From: a virus
Taxonomy: Duplodnaviria; Caudoviricetes
DNA: 50,789 nucleotides
Virus record (IMG/VR): IMGVR_UViG_3300037457_000049
Span: 1-50,789 of that record
Reading direction: 5' to 3' (one strand)
Position numbers and translations under genes: made by a program. The notes beneath the pieces are model-generated. The model worked only from the letters and a program-made list of their open reading frames with translations, searched no databases and was not told where the DNA came from. How positions within the stretch are numbered: the stretch's first letter is position 1; the number at the start of each line of letters is the position of its first letter. Below, piece after piece: positions 41,740 through 50,789 of this stretch.

Positions 41740-42116
41740 CCACCACCCCAGACCCCGCCCAGGTCGCCCGCCAGCTCACCCCACCCATGCGCCGGGCACT
41801 ACGCGCCGCCGCCGCCGGCGACCTACGCCGCGACGAGCTGGGACACCCCGCCCGGCCGTACATCCATGGCTACGCCCACGCCTACCGGCTGCGCGGAACC
41901 ATCGACGCGCTGCGGCGCCGCGGATCAGTCCGCACCGGCGCCGTACGCGTACCCGGCACCAGCTACTCCGTCTACGAGATCACCCCCGCCGGCGCCGCCG
42001 TGCTCGCCGCGCTGGACACCGACCGTGGCGGCACCACCATCGGCGACGCGGCCGCCTTCCTCCTGCTCGTCGCCGCCCTGGTTGGCGTCGTGCTGCTCAC
42101 CGGGAACTGGAGCTGA
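41736..42116 (+). CDS. Hypothetical protein (winged-helix-like + C-terminal TM)
   Basis: LTPPMRRAL...TIDALRRRG...YEITPAG; RBS GAGGAG. Confidence 0.6.
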   Translation: MTTTPDPAQVARQLTPPMRRALRAAAAGDLRRDELGHPARPYIHGYAHAYRLRGTIDALRRRGSVRTGAVRVPGTSYSVYEITPAGAAVLAALDTDRGGTTIGDAAAFLLLVAALVGVVLLTGNWS

Positions 42117-42118
42117 CC

Positions 42119-42349
42119 ATGGCCACCAGCCGCAAGTTCGGCCCCAAGAGCCCAGACCACCCGGGCGTCGGCCGCCCATGCCCGGCGTGCAGTACCCCGT
42201 TCGTCGCGGGCGACTACACGGCACTGGTGGCGCTCGGCCCCGGCTACAACCCGGAGACGCGGCGTAAGGCCCGGGCCGGGCAGGCGTACAACGCAGTGGC
42301 GGTAGAGGTCCACTGGGCCTGCGCCACCGGTGAGGACGGCACGTCGTGA
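42119..42349 (+). CDS. Small Zn-binding hypothetical protein
   Basis: CPAC...HWAC; RBS GGAG. Confidence 0.65.
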   Translation: MATSRKFGPKSPDHPGVGRPCPACSTPFVAGDYTALVALGPGYNPETRRKARAGQAYNAVAVEVHWACATGEDGTS

Positions 42350-42864
42350 TCCGCCGCCACGTGGCCGTGTGGGTCACCCACCCCGCCACCACCACCACCC
42401 TGGCCACCGCCGCGATCCTCGCCGGTGTGGCCGCCGGGCTGGCGCTGCTGGTCGCCGCCGGTCCGCTGCCGCTACTCGGCGCGGTGTTCGCCACCACCAC
42501 CCTGCTCCGCCCGTTCCGGCGCCCCCTGCCGGCGGGTGGACGCCCCGGCTCCCGCTGGCACGCGGTAGCAGCCGGGGCCGCGGCGCCCGCCCCCGTCCTT
42601 GGGTGCGCGGCGGCGGGCGCCGCCCACACTCCCGCCCGGGTTGTAGCCGGGCGGGCCGGGCGGCCGGCGGCGGGCAACCGGAGACCCCCCGCCGGCCGTC
42701 ACCGCGCCGGTGGCACCCAGCTACCCGCCCGCCGCGGCCACGTGGCCTACCGGACCGGCCGGGCACCCGTGCGGCTGCCCACCCACCTGGACCCGCCGGG
42801 TGGCGCGGTGCCTGCGCCCTGCGCCGCCGCGTCGCCCGGCACTCACCCGAAGGGACCACGATGA
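42346..42864 (+). CDS. Hypothetical membrane protein
   Basis: GTGA/ATGA coupling; hydrophobic N-terminus. Confidence 0.5.
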   Translation: MIRRHVAVWVTHPATTTTLATAAILAGVAAGLALLVAAGPLPLLGAVFATTTLLRPFRRPLPAGGRPGSRWHAVAAGAAAPAPVLGCAAAGAAHTPARVVAGRAGRPAAGNRRPPAGRHRAGGTQLPARRGHVAYRTGRAPVRLPTHLDPPGGAVPAPCAAASPGTHPKGPR

Positions 42865-43214
42865 CCACCAGCACCGACATCGCCATCCGGCTCGCCACCG
42901 TCGCATCCGCCGTGCGCCACGTGTACGGCGTCGTCGACGCGACGCTCACCCTCCACTGCGAGCGTGACGACACCGCCGCCGTGACCAGGCTCGCCGGATT
43001 CATCGGCCTTCCCGAGCCCACCACCGAGGGGCCGCTCGGCAGCAGCCGCTACCTGACCGCCACCAGCCCGATCTACGAAACGCCGACGGTCCGCGTCATG
43101 TGCGCACTCAGCGCGGAGACGCGGGAACAGGCACGCGCCCGGCTCGCCGCCGAACTGGCTCAGCTCGACCGCGAGATAGCAGCCAACGGGGCGGTGGCAC
43201 ATGCAACTGCGTGA
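42861..43214 (+). CDS. Hypothetical protein
   Basis: RBS GAAGGGA; ATGA coupling. Confidence 0.65.
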   Translation: MTTSTDIAIRLATVASAVRHVYGVVDATLTLHCERDDTAAVTRLAGFIGLPEPTTEGPLGSSRYLTATSPIYETPTVRVMCALSAETREQARARLAAELAQLDREIAANGAVAHATA

Positions 43215-43734
43215 CCGGATCTCGGCCGACCTGCTGAGCACGGACCCCGCCGTCGACTGGCGAACGCGTGCCGCATGCCGCGACGAAGATCCTGAGCTGT
43301 TCTTTTTGCCCGGCGAGAAGCTGACCGCTGCCGCGCAGGCCCAGGTCGACCAGGCGGTGGCAGTATGCGCCCGCTGTCCGGTAGTGGCTGAATGCCGCCA
43401 GGACGCCGACGACCAGCACGCCACACACGGGGTCTGGGGCGGGCAACTACGTGAGAAGCTCAGCACGAAGATGCGGCTGTGTGAGCAGTGTCCCCGGCTG
43501 TTCTCGCCGCGGCGCGCCGACCAGCGGTTCTGCTCCCACGAGTGCCATCACGAGTCGCTGCGGCGCAGCAACTGCGGCACGACCACCGGCGCGCGTGGCC
43601 ACCGTAAGCGTGGTGAGCCGGTCGACGCGGCCTGTCAGATGGCCGAGTCGTTGTACCGCGCCCGCCGCGCCCGCAACCGCCGGGAGCGTAAGGAACGCGC
43701 CGCCGCAACCACCACATCGGAGGCATGCGCATGA
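43201..43734 (+). CDS. whiB: WhiB-family regulator with C-terminal Zn-finger extension
   Basis: WRTRAAC..DPELFF..CARCPV..EC..GVWGG, then CEQC..FCSHEC and CGT..H..C. Confidence 0.9.
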   Translation: MQLRDRISADLLSTDPAVDWRTRAACRDEDPELFFLPGEKLTAAAQAQVDQAVAVCARCPVVAECRQDADDQHATHGVWGGQLREKLSTKMRLCEQCPRLFSPRRADQRFCSHECHHESLRRSNCGTTTGARGHRKRGEPVDAACQMAESLYRARRARNRRERKERAAATTTSEACA

Positions 43735-43964
43735 AACTGACCTGGTTCGAACGGCAGCTGGACCGGATGGTCTGGCGCTGGTTCAGCGCCGGCACCGGCG
43801 CCGGAGCCGCCGTCTTGGTGGCACTCCAGCATCTCGGCATCTGGGGCGCCCTCGCGGTGTACCTCGCGATCATCGCTGCCCTGGCGCTGCTGTCCACCTG
43901 GCACGTCCGCCGATTCGCCACGCGGGTTACTCGCGAAGCCAACGAAGAAAGGGCACGTCGATGA
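43731..43964 (+). CDS. Two-TM membrane protein
   Basis: RBS GGAGG; hydrophobic segments. Confidence 0.65.
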   Translation: MKLTWFERQLDRMVWRWFSAGTGAGAAVLVALQHLGIWGALAVYLAIIAALALLSTWHVRRFATRVTREANEERARR

Positions 43965-44557
43965 TCCAGAAGCTGATCGTCATGCTGGCCACCGCGGCCA
44001 TTGCCGCACTGTGGCTGTGGTCCGGCGTCCGGGGCCGGGCTACCGAAGACGCCACCCACGCACCAGCGGCCCGGCCGTGGCGCCCCACCCTGACCCTCAT
44101 CCTCAGCCCCCTACGCGTGGCCCGCTGGGCAGTAGCCGGCTGGGCATGGCGGGCCGCCGCCCGCGCCGACCAGCGGGAGCTAGCCACCGCCGCGGCACTG
44201 CTCAACTACGACACCCCGCCGGCGGTCGAGCTGCCGCCGTGGCGCTCAACCCGCCCGGTGTGGCCGGCAGACGACCGGTGCCCCAACCCCAGCTGCGGCT
44301 CCACCCGCTGCCGGCCCTGGTGGGAGGGCCGCGACTGTGAGGCCGACCAGCACCAGCGGCCAGCCGCCTACGCCGCCGGCCACCCGCTACCCGCCCCCGG
44401 CCGGCACAGCATGGCCGTGCGGATCCCCGCCTACTGGCGGCGGGTCAGGCTCGACAACCGCCGGGTGGCGGTGCAGCTCGACCCGACGTGGTGGGCTCAC
44501 CGGCTCGGCCGGCCGGTGCAGCTCGCCGGCCACGCCCGGACGTGGAGGCTCCCGTGA
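43961..44557 (+). CDS. Hypothetical protein with N-terminal TM
   Basis: RBS GAAAGGG; ATGA coupling. Confidence 0.55.
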   Translation: MIQKLIVMLATAAIAALWLWSGVRGRATEDATHAPAARPWRPTLTLILSPLRVARWAVAGWAWRAAARADQRELATAAALLNYDTPPAVELPPWRSTRPVWPADDRCPNPSCGSTRCRPWWEGRDCEADQHQRPAAYAAGHPLPAPGRHSMAVRIPAYWRRVRLDNRRVAVQLDPTWWAHRLGRPVQLAGHARTWRLP

Positions 44558-44614
44558 GCGGCCGGCTGGCCGGTACCGACCAACTTCCCGTAACCACAAC
44601 CAGAGGAGAGCGAC

Positions 44615-44806
44615 ATGGCCAAGTTCGAGATCGGCGACGCGGTGCAGATGGAGGGCGTCCCGATCGTGGTGGAGGTGCTGGAGATCGGCACCTGCGACGA
44701 GGGTCCGGAGTGCCCGCTCGGCCCGGAGACGTTCCGGTTCAGCGACCCGGGTGGGCTCGGTGACGATTGGATGCACACCAGCCAGTTCGAGAAGGTGGGC
44801 GGCTGA
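44615..44806 (+). CDS. Small hypothetical protein
   Basis: RBS GAGGAG; KFEIGDAV N-terminus. Confidence 0.7.
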   Translation: MAKFEIGDAVQMEGVPIVVEVLEIGTCDEGPECPLGPETFRFSDPGGLGDDWMHTSQFEKVGG

Positions 44807-44808
44807 CC

Positions 44809-45006
44809 GTGAGCGCCACCGCGGTGCTCGCCCTCGCCGCCGCCGCATGCGCCCGGCACACCGACGGCTGCCCCGTCTGCCAGGACCCGCCCGACATCAC
44901 CCGCGGCCCCCGCCCGGCGTGCAACACCGGCCGGCAGCTACACCTGCGCCACGCCCGGGCGTGGCGGGGCGCGGTCATCGCACTGTCCACCCGGGGCCGG
45001 CCATGA
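44809..45006 (+). CDS. Small Cys/His hypothetical protein
   Basis: H...CPVC...C..G motif; coupled to the next gene. Confidence 0.55.
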   Translation: MSATAVLALAAAACARHTDGCPVCQDPPDITRGPRPACNTGRQLHLRHARAWRGAVIALSTRGRP

Positions 45007-45236
45007 CCGCCCGCCGGGTCACCACCAGCACCAGCGACTACAGAGGTGTGCGGCTGGTCGTCATGCGCGACCGTTGGGTGTGGCGCCGCTGGCGGTGGCT
45101 GGTGTTCGAGCAGTACTCGCCCTACCAGGTCGACGGCCGGACGTGGCGCCGCGCCACCGCGACCGCCCACGGCGAGCTGGTGCGCGCACTGCGCATCGGC
45201 GCCAGCAACGTACCACCAGACAGGAGGACGCTGTGA
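45003..45236 (+). CDS. Hypothetical protein
   Basis: ATGA/GTGA coupling. Confidence 0.5.
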   Translation: MTARRVTTSTSDYRGVRLVVMRDRWVWRRWRWLVFEQYSPYQVDGRTWRRATATAHGELVRALRIGASNVPPDRRTL

Positions 45237-46255
45237 GCGCCGTCGAGCTGCTGCCACCCCACCAGGCGGTACCCGCCAACCCTGAGTGGCATCGGCTGCG
45301 CCGCGCGGGCATCTCCGCCAGCGAAATAGCTAGTGTGCTCGGGATCTCCAAGTGGGACTCGCCGTTCAGCATGTACTGGTCCAAGGTCAACGACTGGCGT
45401 GCGGAGCAGTCGGATGAGATGAGCATCGGCGCCGCCGTGGAGCAGGCCGTGGCCGACCTGTGGGCCGACCGGTGCGACCCGCACGAGAACCTCGCGCTGG
45501 CCCCGGCCGGGCTCTACGCCCACGGCGACCAACCGTGGATGCTCGCCACCCCCGACCGGCTGGTGCATCCGTCGTGCGCTGAGTGCGGCGACGGCCGCAC
45601 TCAAACCGGTTGGCCGACGCTAGGTACATACTGTTGGACCTGCTCGCAGTCGCTGGGTCCGCCGCTGGCGGTGCTGGAGTGCAAGTGGGCCGGTAGCTGG
45701 GACGGGTGGGGCGACGACGGCACCGACGACATCCCCGTCTACTACCGCGCACAGGCACTGTGGCAATGCCATGTCCTCGGCGTAGACCAGTGGTACCTCG
45801 GGGTGCTCGGACCGTCCGGGTTCCGCTCCTACGCCGGCTGCCGCGACCGCGCCGACATCGCCGTCATGGTCGAGCACGGCCGGCGGTTCATGGACCGGCT
45901 GAACCGGCTCGACCCGCCCGACATCGACGACGGCCACCCCGCCACCACCGCCGCGCTTAAACGGCTGCACCCGAGCATCGAACCCGGCGACGTGGAGACC
46001 ACGCCCGAGTTCGCCGACGGATGGCGCCGCGCCCGCGCCCTGCGTAAGCGCGCCGAGGACCTGTGCGACCGGTTCGAGGTCCGGGCCCGGCACGACCTCG
46101 GCCACTACCACCGGCTCGTCTGCGGCGGCAAGCTAGTCGCCTCCCGCAGCGTGTTCGACCAGGGCACCGACCAGGCCGAGCTGACCGCCATCGAAACCGA
46201 CTGGCCCACCACCGACCGCCTAAACCCAGGAAGGTTGCTCACCCATGCCCGCTGA
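45233..46255 (+). CDS. YqaJ/lambda-exonuclease-like (RecE partner) exonuclease
   Basis: W.RLRRAGISASE, LATPD, LECK, YRAQALWQ; RBS AGGAGG. Confidence 0.9.
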   Translation: MSAVELLPPHQAVPANPEWHRLRRAGISASEIASVLGISKWDSPFSMYWSKVNDWRAEQSDEMSIGAAVEQAVADLWADRCDPHENLALAPAGLYAHGDQPWMLATPDRLVHPSCAECGDGRTQTGWPTLGTYCWTCSQSLGPPLAVLECKWAGSWDGWGDDGTDDIPVYYRAQALWQCHVLGVDQWYLGVLGPSGFRSYAGCRDRADIAVMVEHGRRFMDRLNRLDPPDIDDGHPATTAALKRLHPSIEPGDVETTPEFADGWRRARALRKRAEDLCDRFEVRARHDLGHYHRLVCGGKLVASRSVFDQGTDQAELTAIETDWPTTDRLNPGRLLTHAR

Positions 46256-47123
46256 GACCGTCAGCAACGCCGTTGCCCAGCGCGACAACAGCCCGTCCGG
46301 GCTGATCAAGCAGTACAGCACCAGCTTCGCCCAGGTGCTCCCGTCGCACATCAAGGCCGAGACATGGGTGCGGCTGGCCCAGGGCGCGCTGAAACGGGGC
46401 AAGCGCGGCTCGGACGGGCGTTTCGAGCTGGAGACCGCCGCCGCCAACAACCCCGGCGTGTTCCTCGCAGCCCTGCTCGACGCCGCCCGGCTCGGCCTGG
46501 AGCCCGGCACCGAGCAGTACTACCTCACCCCGCGAAAGGTCAAGGGCCGGCTGGAAATCCTGGGAATCGTCGGCTACCAGGGCCACATCGAGCTGATCTA
46601 CCGGGCCGGCGCCGTGTCGGCGGTGGTGGTCCAGGTGGTCCACGCCCGCGATGAGTACCGCTACGACCGGGGTGTGGACGAGGTGCCGGTGCACCGGTTC
46701 CCGCCGTTCGCCCGGTACGCCGAGCGGGGCGACCGGCTCGGGGTGTACGCCTACGGCCGGATGAAGGACGGCGCCGTGTCCCAGGTGGTCGAGCTGAACG
46801 TCGACGACATCGAGCGGATCAAGCGCTCGGCCCAGGGCGCCGACTCCGAGTACTCGCCGTGGAAGCTGCACACCTCCGGAATGTGGCTGAAGTCCGGCGT
46901 GCGGCAGCTGCAGAAGTGGGTGCCGACGTCGGCCGAGTTCCGGATGGAGATCGCCCGCGCGATGGCCGAGGCCAACCGGGTCGCCGCTTCGCCGGACATG
47001 CCGGCTGGGGTGGAGCTGCCGCTGCCTGACATCGACGGTGAGGTGGTCGACGAGCCGGAGCCGGCCGACTGGCCAGCCACCACCGAGCCCGGAAGCGGAA
47101 CTGCCACCACCGAGGGGAACTGA
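46245..47123 (+). CDS. recT: RecT single-strand annealing protein
   Basis: AARLGLEPG, YYLTP, GYQGHIEL.YR, MWLKS..RQL.KWVP.S. Confidence 0.92.
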   Translation: MPAETVSNAVAQRDNSPSGLIKQYSTSFAQVLPSHIKAETWVRLAQGALKRGKRGSDGRFELETAAANNPGVFLAALLDAARLGLEPGTEQYYLTPRKVKGRLEILGIVGYQGHIELIYRAGAVSAVVVQVVHARDEYRYDRGVDEVPVHRFPPFARYAERGDRLGVYAYGRMKDGAVSQVVELNVDDIERIKRSAQGADSEYSPWKLHTSGMWLKSGVRQLQKWVPTSAEFRMEIARAMAEANRVAASPDMPAGVELPLPDIDGEVVDEPEPADWPATTEPGSGTATTEGN

Positions 47124-47124
47124 C

Positions 47125-47907
47125 ATGGGACTGGACATCACGCTAAACACCGCCGAGCAGGCGGAGCACAACGCCATGCACGAAGCGGCATCCGAGGCGC
47201 TGTACGCCGAAGGGCCGGACGGGAAGTCGGCGCGCGACCGCATGTCCGACGAGGAGTACCAGGCATGGCGGGAGCTGAACGGGGAATGGCAGGGCGGCAC
47301 TGACGTCCCCAGCCAGCGGCACCCGGGGCATCTGTGTAACCGCCGTTACCTTCGTAGCTCGTACAACGAGTCAGGTTTCAACCGGGCAGTTGAGCAGATC
47401 GCCGGCCAGGATCACGGCTTCTACTGGATCTTCGAGCCGCTGGGTCGGGACTGGGAAGACGAAGGCGGAGAGCTGACGGCCGCCGACGTGCCGGCGCTGC
47501 GAGAGGCCCGGCAGCGCGCCGAGCAGGTTGCCGTCGAGATCCGCGAAGGGGACCCGCTGCGCGCCACCGACGTGCACGCGCTGTTCGGACCCCAGGAGCA
47601 CCTTTGGACGGACCCGCCGACGTCCGACCAGGCGCTCGGCTGGTACCGGGAGCAGAGCAAGCAACCGGCGTCGTTCGCCAGCTACAGCACCGGCAAGGGC
47701 GCCGTGTTCGGCGACGGACTGGTGGTGCTGGCGGCGACCGTGGGCCGTGACGTGCTGGGCGGGCCGGCCGCCATCCTGATCTACCGGCTGGACAAGGAGA
47801 CCGTCGACCACTACGTGCAGTCGGCCGAGATCGCGGCTGAGTTCTGCGATGAGGCGATCGGGCTGATTGAGCGTGACGGGTCATGCCACCTGAGCTGGAG
47901 CGGATGA
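47125..47907 (+). CDS. Hypothetical protein
   Basis: RBS GAGGGG; MGLDI N-terminus, 260 aa. Confidence 0.75.
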   Translation: MGLDITLNTAEQAEHNAMHEAASEALYAEGPDGKSARDRMSDEEYQAWRELNGEWQGGTDVPSQRHPGHLCNRRYLRSSYNESGFNRAVEQIAGQDHGFYWIFEPLGRDWEDEGGELTAADVPALREARQRAEQVAVEIREGDPLRATDVHALFGPQEHLWTDPPTSDQALGWYREQSKQPASFASYSTGKGAVFGDGLVVLAATVGRDVLGGPAAILIYRLDKETVDHYVQSAEIAAEFCDEAIGLIERDGSCHLSWSG

Positions 47908-48440
47908 TGACCAGCCGCGTCATCGGGCTGGACCTGAGCCTGGCCAGCTCCGGCGTGGCCGGCAACGCCGGCGGCGGCTGGGTCGCGCGCATCCGCACCC
48001 AACCCAGCACCGACCCCGCCCAGCTGCACCGGCTGCGCACCATCCGCAACGCCGTCATGGACTACGTGCGCCACGCCGACCTGGTCGTGGTGGAGGGGCT
48101 GGCGATGGCCTCGACCACCGGCCAGCACCTCACCCGCGCCGGACTGTGGCACCTGGTGGTCGAGGCGATCGACGCCGCCGGCATCCCATGGGCGCAGGTC
48201 ATCCCCGGGACGCTGAAGCGGTACGCCACCGGCAAAGGCAACGCCGGCAAGGACCAGGTGCTCGCCGCGGTCGTCAGGCGCTACCCGGCCGTCGAGGTGA
48301 CCAACGCCGACCAGGCCGACGCGCTGATCCTCGCCGCCATGGGCGCCGACCACCTCGGCCACCCGATGGTGCCCATGCCCGCCGCACACCGCGCCGCGCT
48401 GCAGGCCGTGGCGTGGCCCGACCAGAAAGGACCATCATGA
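47904..48440 (+). CDS. RuvC-like Holliday junction resolvase
   Basis: VIGLDLSL, VVVEG, LKRYATGKGNAGK, DQADA. Confidence 0.88.
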   Translation: MMTSRVIGLDLSLASSGVAGNAGGGWVARIRTQPSTDPAQLHRLRTIRNAVMDYVRHADLVVVEGLAMASTTGQHLTRAGLWHLVVEAIDAAGIPWAQVIPGTLKRYATGKGNAGKDQVLAAVVRRYPAVEVTNADQADALILAAMGADHLGHPMVPMPAAHRAALQAVAWPDQKGPS

Positions 48441-48922
48441 CCACCTACACCACGGCGCCCGAAGTCGAGCGCATCGCCGACCGGCTGATCGAAGAACACC
48501 ACAAGCACCTCGTTGGCATCCCGATCAGGTACGTGTTCCGCGACAAGGCCGCCAGCAGCCGCGGAAAGCTCGTGCTCGGCAAGGCGCGCAAGTCCACCGG
48601 CCTGAACGCGACGCTCGTGCACCTGGTCCGACACGACGAACCACCCGACCGCGTCGACTTCTTCGTCGTCGAGATCGCGCTGAACACATGGCGCGCCCTA
48701 ACTGACGCCCAGAAGACGGCGCTGGTCGACCACGAGCTGTCGCACTGCCTCACCGAAGTACCCGATGGCCTGGACGATGACGTGGCGCTTGTCCTGGCGG
48801 GACACGACATGGAGGAGTTCGCCGCCGTCGTACGGCGTCACGGGCTGTGGCGGCCGGACCTTGAGACGTTCATGGTCAACTCGCAGCAGCCGACGCTGCA
48901 CGAGACGATGGCCGGGGGCTGA
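48437..48922 (+). CDS. Putative phage metallopeptidase
   Basis: LVDHELSH (HExxH), HDMEEF..VVRRHGLW. Confidence 0.8.
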   Translation: MTTYTTAPEVERIADRLIEEHHKHLVGIPIRYVFRDKAASSRGKLVLGKARKSTGLNATLVHLVRHDEPPDRVDFFVVEIALNTWRALTDAQKTALVDHELSHCLTEVPDGLDDDVALVLAGHDMEEFAAVVRRHGLWRPDLETFMVNSQQPTLHETMAGG

Positions 48923-48926
48923 GCGG

Positions 48927-49313
48927 ATGGCCGACTACGTTGCGGACCCCGGCTCCGGTAAGCCGACGTGCACCGACTGCGCCGTCGGGGCGTGTATGTC
49001 CGTTCCCGGCTGGCACTGCCAGGCGGAGGCGTGCCGGTGTGGCTGCCGCGGGGGTGACGGTCGCTGCGCCGACTGCGCCATCGGCGAGCACGGGCTGTGC
49101 GTCGGGCCGGTCGAGGGCGACTGGTGCCAATGCGGCTGCCAGCCCGGCCCCGACCGGGCCGCCGATTTCATACCGGGTTTCATACCGGAGCCGCCCGACC
49201 TCGACGACCGGCCGGTGGACAAGCTGGCCGTCATCGCTGCCGAGCTCGCAGCCGAGCGGACCGGCAGCCTGCGGGACCTGACCGCCGAGCGGTACCAGGG
49301 CGGTGGGCGATGA
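48927..49313 (+). CDS. Cys-rich hypothetical protein
   Basis: Two repeats of CxDC...CxCGC. Confidence 0.6.
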   Translation: MADYVADPGSGKPTCTDCAVGACMSVPGWHCQAEACRCGCRGGDGRCADCAIGEHGLCVGPVEGDWCQCGCQPGPDRAADFIPGFIPEPPDLDDRPVDKLAVIAAELAAERTGSLRDLTAERYQGGGR

Positions 49314-49984
49314 CTCCGTACTACGAGGACGACAAGGTCACGCTCTACTGTGGCGACTGCCGAGAGATCACCGAGTGGCTGGCGGCCGACGTGCTGGTCA
49401 CCGACCCGCCATACGGGCGCGGGTGGAAGCAAGGGCGCCATTGGGACGCCGCGCACGCCGACGACCACCACCCCGGCATCACCGGCGATTCGGACACGTC
49501 CCTGCGTGACTGGGCGCTCAGCACGTGGGGCGCCCGCCCGGCCGCTGTCTTCGGTGACCCGATGCTGGCGCCGCCGACAGGAACCAAGTTTGTGGGCTTC
49601 TACCGCAAGCCACCCAACGCCGGTACGCGTGGTGCCATCGGCGGGTTTCGCCGCGACGTGGAGGTGTTCTACCTGCTCGGCGGCTGGCCCGCTGGGCTCG
49701 GTGGCCGGAGTTCCATCGTGGCGACCGTGACTGGCGGTCAAGGCGGCCCCGCCAGCCCCCAGGGGCGCTACGGCCACCCGCACACCAAGCCGGTCGACGT
49801 GATGGAGCAGCTTGTCGACGCCTGCCCGCCCGGCGTCGTCGCCGACCCGTTCGCCGGCTCCGGCTCCACGCTGGTGGCCGCCCGCAACCTCGGCCGGCGC
49901 GTCATCGGCGTCGAGATCGAGGAGCGGTACTGCGAGGTCGCCGCCCGCCGGCTGGCGCAGGGCGTGCTGGAGGTGCCCGCATGA
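49310..49984 (+). CDS. Beta-class DNA methyltransferase
   Basis: LYCGDC, VTDPPY, HPHTKP, DPFAGSGST, GVEIEERYC. Confidence 0.92.
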   Translation: MTPYYEDDKVTLYCGDCREITEWLAADVLVTDPPYGRGWKQGRHWDAAHADDHHPGITGDSDTSLRDWALSTWGARPAAVFGDPMLAPPTGTKFVGFYRKPPNAGTRGAIGGFRRDVEVFYLLGGWPAGLGGRSSIVATVTGGQGGPASPQGRYGHPHTKPVDVMEQLVDACPPGVVADPFAGSGSTLVAARNLGRRVIGVEIEERYCEVAARRLAQGVLEVPA

Positions 49985-50142
49985 ACCTCCACCTGCCCCA
50001 CCCGCGCCGCACGGCCCGGGAACGGCGCGCCGCCGTGGAACGGCGGATCGCCGTGGCCGTCGCCCGGGCTCACCTGGCCGACCGGACAGAGCAGACATGG
50101 GACTGGGCCGCCGAGATGGAGCGGCGGAGGGGTGCGCGGTGA
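49981..50142 (+). CDS. 53-aa hypothetical protein
   Basis: RBS GGAGGTG; ATGA/GTGA coupling. Confidence 0.55.
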   Translation: MNLHLPHPRRTARERRAAVERRIAVAVARAHLADRTEQTWDWAAEMERRRGAR

Positions 50143-50378
50143 GCGCGGTGTGGCTGGCCGCCACCGCCGCACTCGGCCGGCCGGTACGGGTCGGCGAGAC
50201 GTATCCGCATATCTGCGGGTCCATCGTGGTCGGCCGGGTGACCGGCCGGGAGATCCGGCTGTGGCGCCGGGACTGCGCGGCGTGTGCGTGGGAGGCCGGG
50301 GAGCGGCGGCGTGAGGTTGAGGTGACCGAGCAGATGCTGGCGGCGGATCGGCGAAGGGTGGGGGAGCGGGATGAGTGA
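50139..50378 (+). CDS. Hypothetical protein
   Basis: RBS GGAGGGG; HIC...CAAC. Confidence 0.55.
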   Translation: MSAVWLAATAALGRPVRVGETYPHICGSIVVGRVTGREIRLWRRDCAACAWEAGERRREVEVTEQMLAADRRRVGERDE

Positions 50379-50789
50379 TCTGGCCGAGGTAGTCGCCGGC
50401 GAGATTGTGGAGCAGCGGACACCCGAGCAGTGGGCGGCCGTGGTGCGGTCGGACCTCGGGCAGGCGGTAGCGGGTTTCATCGCAGCCGGCCGGCATCTTA
50501 CCGAGGCGAGGAGGGCGATTCCGCATGGCCGATGGGAGACCTGGTGCAAGGACTGGGTTGGCATCAGTCCGGAGACCGCGCGTCGTCTCATGATTGTGGC
50601 GGCACATCCGGCCCTATCAAATCCAAATCATGGTTTGGATTTGCCACACTCGTGGCAGACCCTCTACGAGTTGTCACAGCTAGACCCGCCACTGCTTGAG
50701 GCGGCTATCACGGCAGGCAAGGTTCACCCGGAGCTAGAGCGTAAGCAGGCGCGCGCGCTGGTCATCGAGTACAAGCAGAAGGCGGCAGA
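50371..50789 (+). CDS. DUF3102-like N-terminal domain of the MTase that continues at the window start
   Basis: AGRHLTEARRAIPHGRWETWC...ISPETARRLM...LPHSWQTLYEL; no stop before the window end. Confidence 0.75.
   Translation, partial: MSDLAEVVAGEIVEQRTPEQWAAVVRSDLGQAVAGFIAAGRHLTEARRAIPHGRWETWCKDWVGISPETARRLMIVAAHPALSNPNHGLDLPHSWQTLYELSQLDPPLLEAAITAGKVHPELERKQARALVIEYKQKAA

Noticed and set aside
49164-49187. TTTCATACCGG tandem repeat
   Set aside because: Two copies within coding sequence (FIPG FIPE); no other support for a regulatory role.
1-50789. tRNA/tmRNA genes, DGR, introns or inteins
   Set aside because: No cloverleaf or T-loop consensus noticed, no reverse transcriptase, and core genes are of normal length; tRNAscan/Aragorn were not run.

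Overview
The window looks like the complete, circularly permuted ~50.8 kb genome of a temperate siphovirus of a high-GC actinomycete (WhiB, Lsr2-like and DUF6221-like genes). The last 13 nt repeat the first 13 nt, and a DUF3102-like/DNA-methyltransferase ORF reads in frame across that join. Gene order: MTase + PD-(D/E)xK-like nuclease, replication initiator with internal iterons, small accessory genes including a PAPS-reductase-like gene, HNH, probable cos region, terminase, portal, protease, capsid, fibre/neck genes, tail, lysis, a leftward accessory operon, an RHH-controlled switch, tyrosine integrase/repressor/Cro, then early genes (WhiB, RecE/RecT, RuvC-like, second MTase). Strongest unusual signals: (1) a ~400-nt leader with two tandem RNA domains closed by a shared helix, behind its own promoter; (2) a SAM-methyltransferase + glycosyltransferase-like pair directly after the capsid gene; (3) a PLD-nuclease domain fused to the small terminase; (4) repeated CAGUCAGA-loop hairpins in the capsid leader; (5) a second tail-tube paralogue at the Dit position; (6) a candidate attP inside the repressor gene. 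All protein calls come from motifs read by eye; no searches were run.
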